IMG/VR virus record: IMGVR_UViG_3300043774_000843
Length of the DNA stretch: 64,000 nt
Reading direction: 5' to 3' (one strand)
Origin: an uncultured virus (IMG/VR IMGVR_UViG_3300043774_000843)
Lineage: Duplodnaviria > Heunggongvirae > Uroviricota > Caudoviricetes
Positions 16,152 through 27,378 of the stretch are shown here, in pieces. The notes beneath the pieces were generated by a model. That model made no database searches and was not told the DNA's origin. It saw only the letters and a program-made list of their open reading frames with translations. Both the position numbers and the translations under genes were made by a program. The first letter of the stretch is position 1. Every line of letters begins with the position of its first letter.

Positions 16152-18019
16152 ATGAAAACTAAAGAAGAAATAGAACAGTTGGCAGAAAAAGAATATAGAG
16201 AATATCCTAACAACCCTTTAGATGAACCAGCATGGCATTATAACAAGGATATACATTGCCATAAAAAAAGAAAAGCATTTATCAATGGCTACACTCAATG
16301 CCAAGAAAATATTAGTGAAATTTTAAAAAAAGCTATTGAATTTGGTTATCAATTAAGGAACAATAATAAACCTATAAATAGTGGAATTGATTGGGTAAAT
16401 GAATTTAAAAAAACAAAAAAATAATTTTATCATGAATTGGGAAGCATTTAAAAAAATGACCTTTAAACAAAAGTTATTCACGATTTTTGTTGTTTGTCCA
16501 ATATTTTTCATTTTTATTATCCCTTTGAGCAAAGCGGTTGCTAATAAAATCTATGAAAAAAAGAAATATAAAAAAGTAATCAAAAAAGGTTTGCTTTGGG
16601 ATACTGAATACTTAATAGAAAAAGACTAATATGAAAACTAAAGAAGAATTTATAGCAAACTACTTAGATAAAAGTAAAAGGTTGAAAAACCACAACTTAC
16701 CTTATGGATTACAGTATCTCATCTTAGTAGCACAGGTAGAAGAAGATGCCGAAAAGAAGTATAAATCTTACCTTAAAAAACAACAAAATAATGATATTAT
16801 TTGTCCTAAATGCGGAGGAGATAGTTGGAAGTTTAATGCTGTAAAAACAACTATTAAATATTGTAAATGTGGACATGATTTTTAACTCACTAAACAAAAA
16901 AGATTAATATGACTAATGGAGAATATCAACATTTAACAAATGGTTTATTTACTAAACTTAATAGAATAAGCAAAGTATCTAAATATGCAAAGCAAGAAAT
17001 TCACGATATTTTAAACGAAGAATTAAGTGAGCAAGATATTGAAATGGCTCATTCTCGTTTTATTTCTATGATTGAACAAATTGATATATTATCAAGTGAA
17101 ATTAAAGAGAATTATAAACTATTAAACAAACAAGACTAATATGAAAAAAACAACATCTATAAAGAAAATATTATGCTTTTTAGGAATACACAAATTAGTA
17201 TATTATCAAAAAGGACTACATACATCTATAATAGGTTGTACAAGATGCAACAAAACATATTTAGTAGGAGATGTAGAAATATATAATTGTGATTTTGAAT
17301 TAAAACTAACAAGTAAAAACAAACAAGATTAATAACAACTAAAAACAAATAACAAATGAAAATACAGCCAAACAAAAAACTAAATAAGTTAAGCAAATTC
17401 GATTTAGAATATGTTTTTAATTCAGCATTTCCAAAAATACCTAAAGAGGTAGATGAAATTATCATAGCTCACGAAGAAGATTATGTGTTAATAACTAAAT
17501 TGGGTTGTACTTTAGTTCTATTTAGCGATTATAGTATTGAGGTGTTTTCAAACATTATGCCTATTAGGGAAATTAATTTAGTTAATATAACAAACTCTCT
17601 AATTGATGTTAGAGCATTAAAAATCGAAAAAAATGAAAAGTAAAGTAAATACTGAATACAAAAAGTGTAGTCATTGCGGAAGTGAAAACATGGTGTCTGA
17701 TTACCACTATAAGAGTGAAGAACTTTATGAGAGTTGCGATGTTTGCGGATTTTACTATTCCAAAATATTATTAAATAATATTGAGGATGGTAACTACCCT
17801 AATGATTGGAAACCTGAATATAAAGAAACGAAAGGGCTAACTGGATTTGTATTTAAGATTTTCAGTTTTGATTTAGAGGGTTTTTCAGTATGCTTTTGTG
17901 AAAAAAAGGATTTAGAAGCACTTATAGATAGTTTAGAGAATGACGAATCAGTAGATTTTTTTGGAGTTACATTTAAAGGTAAAAACGGATGTTACAAAAC
18001 ACAAATATTTAAACAATGA
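16152..18019 (+). other. Cluster of small hypothetical genes (16152, 16432, 16631, 16909, 17141, 17356, 17633); several have CxxC zinc ribbons
   Basis: ORF track. Junction motif AAGA(C/T)TAATATG at about 16622, 16900 and 17132; AAGATTAATA at about 17325. Confidence 0.6.
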
Positions 18020-18297
18020 GAATAGTATCAGAAATTATTAAAACAAACAGGTTGAAAAAAGGAATTTCAACAAAAGAATTTTCAAAGTATTTAGGAATAT
18101 CTGAATCTATGCTTTCGAGAATAGAGGCAGGAAATAGAAAAATTAGTTCTAATAAGCTAAATAAAGTAGCTAAATTTCTTGAACTCCCTGAAAGAGAAAT
18201 TAAAGTTCATTATTTAATTGATGACATAAAGAATAAATTTTCAAATGATAGTAATTTTAAAGAAGCAATTAAAAGATTAAGCCATGAACACAACTGA
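18016..18297 (+). CDS. XRE-family HTH regulator
   Basis: RLKKGISTKEFSKYLGISESMLSRIEAG. Confidence 0.9.
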   Translation: MRIVSEIIKTNRLKKGISTKEFSKYLGISESMLSRIEAGNRKISSNKLNKVAKFLELPEREIKVHYLIDDIKNKFSNDSNFKEAIKRLSHEHN

Positions 18298-19010
18298 ACT
18301 ACTTAATAAAATAAATTACAATCCAAAACTTGTAGAAGAAATTATGAATTTCTTTGAGGGTAAGCATAGAATAAAAACATCTTTTGAAAAGTTTTGTAAT
18401 AAACACTACATAGATGTTAGTCCTTCTATATTATTTGATTTTTTTGATAGCATAAATATAAAAATAGCAATTTTACCTTTAAATAATACTGACTTTTGGA
18501 CTTGTAGAATTTTTACTACCAATGGTATTATAATTCTAAATGATTTCTACAATAGAAAAGATGCAATATTAGGCGGATTAGATAGAGCTTTATACATATA
18601 TAGTAATGGATTTGAAATTTAATAATAAATAAAATGGAACAATTAGAACAACAATTAAATGAAAAAATGCTACAAATAGCAAGAGATTACATTCAGAGAA
18701 GAAATGATAAACCTTTTGAGCAATACGAGGAGGCAAATTATCTTAATGAAAAATACCTTTCAGTAAAAAATGAATTTGAAAAGGAAGGCGATTTTTATAT
18801 AATCTTAAATGAGTGCATAAAAGTAGTTTTAGGAAAAACAAAAAAAAATACAATATGAAAATAAAAAAAAGAAAAATTAAAAATCCATGTTCAGTTTGCG
18901 GTAAAGAGGTTCGTTGGGGTATTGATGGATGCCCTATTGTTGAAAAAGGCAAAGATTTTGAAACTTTATTGGGTGGAGTAAAAGGTATGAAGCATTATGA
19001 GTGCAAATAA
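18284..19010 (+). other. Three small hypothetical genes (18284-18622, 18634-18858, 18855-19010)
   Basis: ORF track. The last has CxxC and is followed by an orphan right-arm sequence ending ATAAC. Confidence 0.55.
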
Positions 19011-19412
19011 AATTTTTAACATAACGGTTTGCGTGTATAAGAAGTGGCGGATTAGAACTCCAAAACTTTCAGCAAACGCAGAACTTAATTAGAATTACAA
19101 AACATTAAATAACCAAGAAACCCGCCATTTTTTATACACGCTGTTAGTGGCTGGGCTTTTCACAAATTGAAACAAAATGAACAAAATATTGATATGTGTA
19201 TTATTGCAAATCGTTCTTTTTATTCCATTTTATTTGATATGGAGAAATGATTGTAAAACGATAGGTAAAGACAACTTGGCTGTTAGCTTACAAGAACGAT
19301 TTTTGTATTGGCTAATATTTTGTCCAATTTGGTTGGTTGGTGTGTTGGATTAGCCTTGCCACTAACTTACTTCTTTACGCTACAATTAAGGAAATAAAAA
19401 GTTATTAACAAT
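19011..19412. mobile_element. Integron-like cassette array 2: one hairpin, one intact cassette, terminal site
   Basis: Hairpin 19023-19145: AAC GGTTT GCGTGTATAAGAAGTGGCGG ... CCGCCATTTTTTATACACGC T GTT. IR GTTAGTGGCTGGGCT / AGCCTTGCCACTAAC. Terminal site at 19364-19412. Confidence 0.8.
19177..19353 (+). CDS. 58-aa two-TM cassette protein
   Basis: Hand translation MNKILICVLLQIVLFIPFYLIWRNDCKTIGKDNLAVSLQERFLYWLIFCPIWLVGVLD; fills the cassette. Confidence 0.7.
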   Translation: MNKILICVLLQIVLFIPFYLIWRNDCKTIGKDNLAVSLQERFLYWLIFCPIWLVGVLD

Positions 19413-19451
19413 TGCATAATTAAATAAAATAATTACTAATTTTGACCACAA

Positions 19452-19706
19452 ATGATACTAAAGTTTAAATACGGTTTTGAATACAATGATTTTCTTTATG
19501 GATGGAACAATAAAGAATTATACAGATTGCCCTCTAAGAGTGGCAATAAATCTTATGGATTAAAGAAATTAGATTCTATTGTAGTTGGTAACTCAATTGG
19601 ATATAGAATTAAACAACAAAAGTTCTCTTTAAAACAACTTAAAGATAGAACGATATTCATAGACAAAGAATATCAAGTTATTAGCGATACAGTTGATATA
19701 CCTTAA
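19452..19706 (+). CDS. Small hypothetical protein, distant paralog of 22279-22527
   Basis: ELYRL...GYRI...FSLKQLK vs ELYQL...YYRI...YSDYRLK; TAATTTTG lies just upstream. Confidence 0.6.
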   Translation: MILKFKYGFEYNDFLYGWNNKELYRLPSKSGNKSYGLKKLDSIVVGNSIGYRIKQQKFSLKQLKDRTIFIDKEYQVISDTVDIP

Positions 19707-19758
19707 AAAAATCACAAACAAACAATAAACCAAAACACAAATCAAAATCACAAACAAC

Positions 19759-20952
19759 ATGAAAAGACAAACCACCCTCGCAGAATTGGTAACGGAGTTG
19801 AAAGACCAAAATCTGCAAAAAAAAGATTTCGTAGTTCCTGCAAATCTTTTATCAATGGAAAATGGAAAATTAGTAGTGAACAATTATAGTTCAAACGATT
19901 CTTTACAAAAGATACTTACAGAAGTAGGTATTCAATCAGAGGATTCCAATAAACTAATTTTAAATTGCTTACCTGTAATTCATCAAAATTTATCAGATAA
20001 ATGCGATATTCCTCGTAAATACTATAATCGTATTCAAGGACTAAAAGACCAAACACTAATTGATACAAATGTTACTCATTGGTTAAAATCCATGAAAGGA
20101 AATGTTTTTTTAAGAACATTTATTGACAAAGATGAACAAAATGGATTCGCAAGAGCATTACTTTCAGATAGATATAACGTAATTGATAACTTTGATGTTT
20201 TATTAGCTACACTTGAAGCAGTTAAGAATAGTGGATTAAACTTAAAGATTGAAGATAACGGTTGTGATTTATCAGAATCTAAAATGTATGTAAGATTTGT
20301 TGCTCCTGAAATTGAAATTAACGCACCCGATTTATTAAAAAACTACAAAAATCCAAAAGGTAATAGTAATGTAGGTGATGGTATTATTACTGGATTTGTT
20401 GTTACTAATAGCGAAATAGGGCAAGGTTCATTTAATATCAGTCCAAGAGCTGTTATATTAAAGTGCCAAAACGGAATGGTATTTAAAAATGATGCCTTTG
20501 GTAAAATTCACTTAGGTTCAAAAATGGAACAATATTCTCAAATTGATTGGAGCGAAGAAACTAAAAGAAAAAATTACGAGTTAATTCAGGCACAAGTAAA
20601 AGATGCGGTTAAGAAATTCACAAGCGAAGATTTTTTAGCACAAAAAATAAGTGAATTAAACGAATATGCTGAAATTGAATTAAAACATCCTATTGAAACA
20701 GTTAAGAATGTTAGCAAATTATTAAACATTACCGAAGAAAAAGAAAAAAGTATTCTTGACTTCTTTATGAGAGGTGGCGATTTTAGTTACATGGGAGTAA
20801 GTCAGGCATTAACATTCTTTGCTCACGAAACAAAAGATGCAGACGAAGCTCACGATTTAGAAACAACAGCTATTGAAATTTTACCAAAAATTAAAGAGTT
20901 GGATAAACCCTCTGTTTCAAAATCAGTTAAAACTCAAATGAGTTTAAATTAA
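19759..20952 (+). CDS. DUF932/DUF945-like phage protein
   Basis: RALLSDRYNVIDN, TNSEIGQGS, LKCQNGM, HLG. Confidence 0.75.
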   Translation: MKRQTTLAELVTELKDQNLQKKDFVVPANLLSMENGKLVVNNYSSNDSLQKILTEVGIQSEDSNKLILNCLPVIHQNLSDKCDIPRKYYNRIQGLKDQTLIDTNVTHWLKSMKGNVFLRTFIDKDEQNGFARALLSDRYNVIDNFDVLLATLEAVKNSGLNLKIEDNGCDLSESKMYVRFVAPEIEINAPDLLKNYKNPKGNSNVGDGIITGFVVTNSEIGQGSFNISPRAVILKCQNGMVFKNDAFGKIHLGSKMEQYSQIDWSEETKRKNYELIQAQVKDAVKKFTSEDFLAQKISELNEYAEIELKHPIETVKNVSKLLNITEEKEKSILDFFMRGGDFSYMGVSQALTFFAHETKDADEAHDLETTAIEILPKIKELDKPSVSKSVKTQMSLN

Positions 20953-20969
20953 TAATTTAGGAAATAAAA

Positions 20970-20993
20970 AAAGGGGGAAATCACGCCCCCTTT
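20970..20993 (+). terminator. Hairpin, probable terminator
   Basis: AAAGGGGG-AAATCACG-CCCCCTTT. Confidence 0.55.
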
Positions 20994-21106
20994 CTAAACC
21001 AAAGACACTATGTCAAAATAACACTAACGCCACAATAGGCGATACTAAATTATAAATTAAATAAACAATTAATTAATTTTTATATTATACAACTAAATTG
21101 TAAAAA

Positions 21107-21994
21107 ATGAACATCAGTCAATCACTACTAAAATCCCTATTAGATTATCGTAATGGAAAAGAATGTGGATTAATATTTAAGGCAAAGTATATAGATGGAA
21201 GATACGATTTATTTCCTCCTTCCGATGCACAAAATGTAGGCGCATGGTTTGAGTATATGGCTACTGGTAGCATACCTAAAAATGGTATAGTGCCAAAAGC
21301 AGAATATATGAAAAGAGGTAAAGATGAAAATGGCAACCCTGAACTTACTGCCGATTATCGCTTAATGAGAGAACATATAGATAATTTCAAAAAGAATATG
21401 GAAAGTTACTCATTAGATATTATTACAGCAGGAGAAGATATTAAAGTTTTATATCCTAATTCTTTAGAGCAGTATGGAGAAGAAGTTTATTTAACAGGAA
21501 CTCTTGATGTGAGAGCAAGAGCAAACAAAGATATTTTTGCTAAATATCAAGATACTATCGTTAATGTAGTTTCAAAAGATGAAGAAGTTATTATTGATAT
21601 TAAAACATCTGGACTATTAGACGATAAATGGCAGGAAATGGGATGGGAGATTAATAACTTATCTAACAAAATTAAACTCGTTACTCAACCTGTTCACTAT
21701 AAATTTATAGAGTATTTAAAAACAGGCAAAGATGTGCCTTTTATATTTATGCTATTTAATTCCAAAAATTCAAAAGATGCAAGAATTATTGATTTTAAAG
21801 TTGATAGCTCATCTTTTGAAGAACATAGAGCATTTATTGAATCGGGAGTTGAAAATATGTTGCATTTAAGAAAATATGGTTTTAAAGCGATGCCATCACT
21901 TGAAAAATGTTCAAAATGTCCTTTGAATGTTGATTGTAAGTTTAAAGCAGAAATTTCTCCAATAACTGTTTTTTATTTTGCTCATCAAGTTTAA
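21107..21994 (+). CDS. PD-(D/E)XK exonuclease (RecB/Cas4-like)
   Basis: GTLDV, IIDIKTSG, QPVHY, C-terminal CSKCP...C. Confidence 0.75.
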   Translation: MNISQSLLKSLLDYRNGKECGLIFKAKYIDGRYDLFPPSDAQNVGAWFEYMATGSIPKNGIVPKAEYMKRGKDENGNPELTADYRLMREHIDNFKKNMESYSLDIITAGEDIKVLYPNSLEQYGEEVYLTGTLDVRARANKDIFAKYQDTIVNVVSKDEEVIIDIKTSGLLDDKWQEMGWEINNLSNKIKLVTQPVHYKFIEYLKTGKDVPFIFMLFNSKNSKDARIIDFKVDSSSFEEHRAFIESGVENMLHLRKYGFKAMPSLEKCSKCPLNVDCKFKAEISPITVFYFAHQV

Positions 21995-21995
21995 A

Positions 21996-22301
21996 ATGAA
22001 ATTATTTAAGAGAAAACAATTAAGTAAGAGTTTAAGAATAAAAATATTTGAGAGGGATAATTACGAGTGTCAATTATGCTATACAAATTTAATAGACAAA
22101 AAAGATTTAAGAGTAATAGACCACAAAATACCACTTTCAAAAGGAGGTAGTAATTCAATATCAAATCTTTGGCTACTTTGTAATGACTTCGATAAAAGAA
22201 AGAAAAATAAAGTGTTTCCTGAATTAATGAAACAATACATTAAAGGTAAGTTAAACTACCTTGCTAATTTAAGATTTAATGGAAATCGTAATAATAAGTG
22301 A
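21996..22301 (+). CDS. HNH endonuclease
   Basis: RDNYECQLC...DHKIPLSKGGSN..SNL..LC; the last Cys and Asn are not conserved (CNDFD), so possibly inactive. Confidence 0.8.
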   Translation: MKLFKRKQLSKSLRIKIFERDNYECQLCYTNLIDKKDLRVIDHKIPLSKGGSNSISNLWLLCNDFDKRKKNKVFPELMKQYIKGKLNYLANLRFNGNRNNK

Positions 22302-24543
22302 ATATGATAGTTTACCATACATAGTAAAAAGCGAAAATGGAGAATTATACCAGTTAAGTTATTATGATACTAAAAAGAGAATAAAGAAATACAAAGTTTT
22401 AATACCCAAACAGCATAATGGAAGTTTATATTACAGGATTAATAGTGAAAGATATTCTGATTATAGATTAAAAACATTAGAGATTAGAGTTTACAAAAGA
22501 ATCAACTTAAATAAAATAAGAAAATGAAAATGAAACCATTAAAAATTAAAGGAATCAAATTAAAAAAAGGGGAGGAATTACTACACTACCATCCTATTTG
22601 TTATTGTATAGCAAAACATTCAGAAACGAGTGCGTTATTTGCCATACCACCTCAAAGCAAAGGAATTGTAACAGATAGTGGATATGTTTCGGTTCATTTC
22701 GATAAGAGTGAATTGTGTAAACAATTAAGAATTGGTGATTGGTGTGAGGTTGGTTACATAAGCACCTCTATAAGTGGAGAAAATAGAGTGTTGAAAATAT
22801 TAAAAGCCGAAACATTAAAAGATTTAAAAATTAAACAAATGCAAAAGAAAATAATAAAAATAATTAAAAATTAAATAAATATGGAAAGCGTTAATACAAT
22901 TTGGACACCAAGCACAATAAAAGAATGGTTGGATGAAAGAATAAAGTTTACGAATAATATTGCTAATTCTATTAAGATTATAGATGATAGCCAAAAGGCA
23001 AAAATGCTTTCTGATTTTGTTATAGCAAATAACAATTTTACTTACTGCTTAAAACTTTATAACGAAAGAAGTGAAGTCAGAAACATTAAATTGTTTAAAT
23101 CATTGGCATTGAAATTACTTTTTGATACCCTATACGAATTTGATAAGCAAGAAAATAAATGTGTTAATATTCAAGGAATATCTTTCCCAACTAATGAAAA
23201 GAATGATTTTCTTCCGCAAGAATTTTGGGATAATCAAAAGAAGTGGAGAGATGCTTTGGGAAATATTTACAATCAAATTATAGAAATTTAATAAGTATGG
23301 CAAAAAAAGTAAAACAACCAAAAGAGGAATTAAACCTGTTAAAAGCAAGAAGGGAAATGGCTTCGGCTTGGTTAAATTTAGATATGGCTATTACAGCTTA
23401 CAACTTATATTTAGAAAACAAGTTAAAAGATAAAAACAAATAAGTATGAACTACACTCTAATTTTTGAAGATAAGAAAGAAAATACACAAACAACAGATA
23501 TACAATTTATTTTGGAAGTGTTTAATCAAATAAAAATAAATTTGCCAACAATAAAGAAATATGACTATAAAATTACTTTGCTTAAAAACGATGGCAATAT
23601 ATCTGAATATTTATCAAAGCCAAAAAACACAAATATTTTAATTCAAATGGTAAAAGATTATTACAAATTTATTGATGATAAATTGGCACTAATAAGAACT
23701 CCAAGAAAAGATGAGGTACTTTTGTTTAATACGGGAAGTTCAGATTGGTTTGATACAAATATTTTTGAAGCGTTAAAAAGACCTTGCAATAAAACAACTA
23801 AATTATTCATTGTCAAGAAAAAAGATTTGATTGAAGTGAGCAAAAAACATACTTTGCTTGGAATTTATAAACTAAACAATAAAAACAAATAATATGGAAA
23901 CACAAACAAAAAAACAAACGGCAGGGTTCGTTAATTTTATTAAAAGTATTTGGATTAAGAGGATTAAAGAAAATTATGAAAATAGCAACAAAACATTAAC
24001 CAACACAACTGCAAGTCAAGCAAAAGACAACGTAAAGGATATTATATTTTGGGGTAATGGCGATACTTTCAAATTAATTAGCAAAGCATCTTCGGTAAAA
24101 GAGGGCTGGATGAAATCCACAAAGGCGATGGAAATTGAAAGCGTTGGCTGTGTCGTTCAAGTTACAACTCAACAAGGGAATAATGTTGCCGAAGCATTAA
24201 CATTCGTTCCTAACGTGAGAATTGAAGAATTTTATGGTAGAGATGAAAGTGTTGTGAGTAGAAGATTAATAAAAATATAAAAATGAAAAAAATGAAAAAA
24301 ATAATAAGGTGGATACCCACAACAATTAATATTTGTTGTTTAGGTGTAGCAATAGGGCTTTCTTCTTGTTGTGATGAACTTAATCAGCAAAAGTATTCAG
24401 TACACGATGCTAATGGAACACTATATTTAACCAATGAATACAAAATAAATGGAAATTGTATAGAGTTCAAAGATTGTGATTGTAGTGAGGAAAAAACAAA
24501 TATTAAATTGTGTGGCAGCTATATCATAAAAGAATTAAAATAA
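22279..24543 (+). other. Hypothetical genes (22279, 22524, 22881, 23297, 23446, 23894, 24283 lipoprotein-like)
   Basis: Contiguous co-oriented ORFs; 23894 has the GWMKSTKAMEI...GCVVQVTTQ block. Confidence 0.6.
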
Positions 24544-24571
24544 CCAAAAACAAATAAATAACCAAAACAAA

Positions 24572-24991
24572 ATGAAAGAAACAATTTACGAGGGTAGAAC
24601 CCAAAGCGAAAAGATTGAATTGCTAAAAGCTAATTGCCTACATAGCGAATTTCAACAAGTTAAAATCTTTTTTTCAGAAGATGACTTAAATGAAATGAAG
24701 TCAAGATTATCCGAACATTGTATATCAAAAAGTGGATATGAGGATGAATTAAAAGATGTTGGTAAAGATTTGAGAAACAAAATCAAAGAGCAAAACGAAA
24801 CTATCAGAATGTTATTACAATTTCTAAAAGATAAATTTGAGTACCAAACGCAAGAAGTTTTTGATTTTGATGACCAAGAAAACGGAATGATGCTAACTTA
24901 TAATGTTCAAGGAGAATTAATAAGTAGTAGAAAATTAAGACCACAAGAAAGACAAACTAAAATTTTTAATTTAAACAATAAAACAGCTTAA
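24572..24991 (+). CDS. Hypothetical coiled-coil protein
   Basis: GELISSRKLRPQERQ-type C-terminus; paired with the next gene. Confidence 0.65.
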   Translation: MKETIYEGRTQSEKIELLKANCLHSEFQQVKIFFSEDDLNEMKSRLSEHCISKSGYEDELKDVGKDLRNKIKEQNETIRMLLQFLKDKFEYQTQEVFDFDDQENGMMLTYNVQGELISSRKLRPQERQTKIFNLNNKTA

Positions 24992-24993
24992 TT

Positions 24994-25743
24994 ATGAAAA
25001 ACGAAAAAGCAAAAGAAACAGTTATTAAATCAATTACTTCTGATTTAATGAATAGTAATGACGAAGGAAATGTAATTATTATCAGAGAAGGTGCAGCACC
25101 TAAACAATTAGATGCAGTAAAACCAAATAAAGTTCATATCAAAGGTGTAATATCTGCTCCAAGTGAATTTTACAACAAAAGAAAACATTTACACAATGCT
25201 GATAAATGCCATATTATTTATGATAAAAACGCAGGTAGCATATCTTTAATTCTTGATGAGCAATTTGAAAACGACAACTACAAAGTAATAGGAACTATAA
25301 CTGATAATCCTGATTTGAATGTTTTTAAAATTAATCAGGAACATTTATTCGGAATTAAAGAGTTAATGGGCATCCTTAAATTTAATAGAGTTCACTTTGT
25401 TGATAAAGAGGCAAATGCTAAAATTGTTTTGTCTTTACAAAATTTCAAAGGCAAGATTGAAAAAGTTTTAACTGATAAATCTGATTTAAGAGGTCAGGAT
25501 GAAAAAACAATCTTAACCAAATTAGAACACGAATTAGAAGAAAGTTTTAAACTTCAAATGCCAATACACAAAGGAGGTAAACCTTATATATTTAATGTGG
25601 ATATTTGTGTTTCTGCAACAAGTTCAGATGTTCAAGTTTGGTTAGAGAGTAAAGAACTTAAAGAACTTCAAGATTCATCAAAATCTAATATGATTGAAGA
25701 AGAATTAAAAAACTTTTCAGAAATAGTTTGTATTGAAATCTAA
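24994..25743 (+). CDS. Hypothetical protein
   Basis: IIIREGAAP...FKLQMPIHKG...IVCIEI. Confidence 0.65.
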   Translation: MKNEKAKETVIKSITSDLMNSNDEGNVIIIREGAAPKQLDAVKPNKVHIKGVISAPSEFYNKRKHLHNADKCHIIYDKNAGSISLILDEQFENDNYKVIGTITDNPDLNVFKINQEHLFGIKELMGILKFNRVHFVDKEANAKIVLSLQNFKGKIEKVLTDKSDLRGQDEKTILTKLEHELEESFKLQMPIHKGGKPYIFNVDICVSATSSDVQVWLESKELKELQDSSKSNMIEEELKNFSEIVCIEI

Positions 25744-25809
25744 AAAAAATAATTAATGGAGTATTCAAAAACAGTTTACTCCATTAAAAAAAAATAAAAA
25801 CCAAAAACA

Positions 25810-26625
25810 ATGAAAAAACAAATCAAAACAATGGCAGTTGCTTTTACGGTATTAGCAACAATTTTATTAACATCTTGCGGAACACTTGTTGAACCGAATT
25901 ATGGAGGTGTATTAATGCAGAACTATGGAAAAAACGGAAAAACCGATTTTACCGAAGTTCAAGGTAGAGTATCAACGTGGGCATTAGGAACAGAACTTTA
26001 TCAAGTGCCAATGTGGGAACAACGAGGTCAAGTTGATGATACATTACATTTAATTTCGGCAGATAATAATGAGATTGAAGCATACCCAAAATACTCTTAT
26101 CAAGTTACTAAAGGAAGATTAGTAGATGTGGTATTCGATAATAGGCAATTAGGTAGAGGAAAGGATTTTCTTATAAGCGTTGAAAGTAATTCTTTAGAGC
26201 CAAGAATTTACGATATTATAAAAGAAGAAAGTCGAAAATATGTTACTGATACTTTAATGTCTATTGGAGGTGCTTTGAAATTTGAAAAAGATTGTGAGCA
26301 ATTAGTTCGCAAAGCATTTGAGGAAAAAGGATTAAAACTTTTAACTTTTGTTGCTCAATTAAAATACTCTGATAAAGTTCGTGAAAAAATAGACCAAAGA
26401 TTAGAGGTAAATACTAACGTGAGTGTATTAGACCAGCAAATAATTGAGCAAAAGAAAAAGAATGAATTAGAAGAATTAAGAACTCAATTTATCCTTATTC
26501 AAAATAAAGCACTAACTCCTGAATATCTTGAAAAAATGAGAATAGAGAAATGGAATGGACAATATCCTACTTATTATTCAGGAAATGGTTTGCCGATGAT
26601 TAATTTTGCTAACACGAAAAAATGA
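25810..26625 (+). CDS. SPFH/band-7 domain lipoprotein
   Basis: Lipobox LTSC, GVLM..YG, C-terminal IEKWNG. Confidence 0.8.
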   Translation: MKKQIKTMAVAFTVLATILLTSCGTLVEPNYGGVLMQNYGKNGKTDFTEVQGRVSTWALGTELYQVPMWEQRGQVDDTLHLISADNNEIEAYPKYSYQVTKGRLVDVVFDNRQLGRGKDFLISVESNSLEPRIYDIIKEESRKYVTDTLMSIGGALKFEKDCEQLVRKAFEEKGLKLLTFVAQLKYSDKVREKIDQRLEVNTNVSVLDQQIIEQKKKNELEELRTQFILIQNKALTPEYLEKMRIEKWNGQYPTYYSGNGLPMINFANTKK

Positions 26626-27299
26626 AATTAATACTAACTAAATCAATACTAACTAAAGTATCTTATGTTTTTAATTTGATTATATTTTTAATTGTACTTT
26701 GGCTTTATGCCTTACCAAAAAATGAAATAGAACAAATAAACATAGGAGATACTTATTTATTTTCTTTTCAATGGGATAAAGAAAACCCTTTTGAAAAAGT
26801 AAAAATAGATACAGTTAAAGTTTTAGATATAAAAAATGATTATGTTCAGTATCAGTATGCTTGGGCGAATAGCCCAAGTTCTACTAAGTTAAGAATTTTT
26901 AAAGAATGTATTAAACCTATTAAAAAATGAAAATATTTATAAAAATTATAGCGATTATTTTATTAGGAATCGTTATGCTAAACTTGTCAATATATGTTTT
27001 TAACATTATTGATGCTTGGACTGGAATACTATCAGGACTTATTTCGATAATAATATTCATATACTTATGTTATAAAACAATAATAAATGGACAAAATTGA
27101 TATTTTAGGAATTTTATTAATCTGCATTTCACTTTTATATTTAACAATATACACTATTGTTTATAGAGATATTTGTTATGGAATTGGAATAGGAATAATT
27201 TCTGCTGTATTTATTGTAGTAATTTTAAAAAGTAAAAAAAAAATAAATAAAACCAAAAACTATGATTCAAAAATCAAAACAATCAACTTTAGCTTTTAG
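26622..27299 (+). other. Small membrane proteins (26622-26930, ~26927-27090, 27087-27299)
   Basis: Hydrophobic short ORFs. Confidence 0.5.
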
Positions 27300-27378
27300 A
27301 GTGTCTAATAAGTTAAAAAAACAAGTAGAATCTAAATGCAAATCACAAGGCATTAATGTCACTGACATACTCTCGCCC

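Noticed and set aside
20953..21106. tRNA or structured ncRNA in this intergenic gap
   Set aside because: Only a short terminator-like hairpin is evident. I recognised no cloverleaf or T-loop motif here or elsewhere in the window.
21107..21994. Cas4 of a CRISPR adaptation module
   Set aside because: No cas1/cas2 or array is present; the context fits a phage recombination exonuclease.
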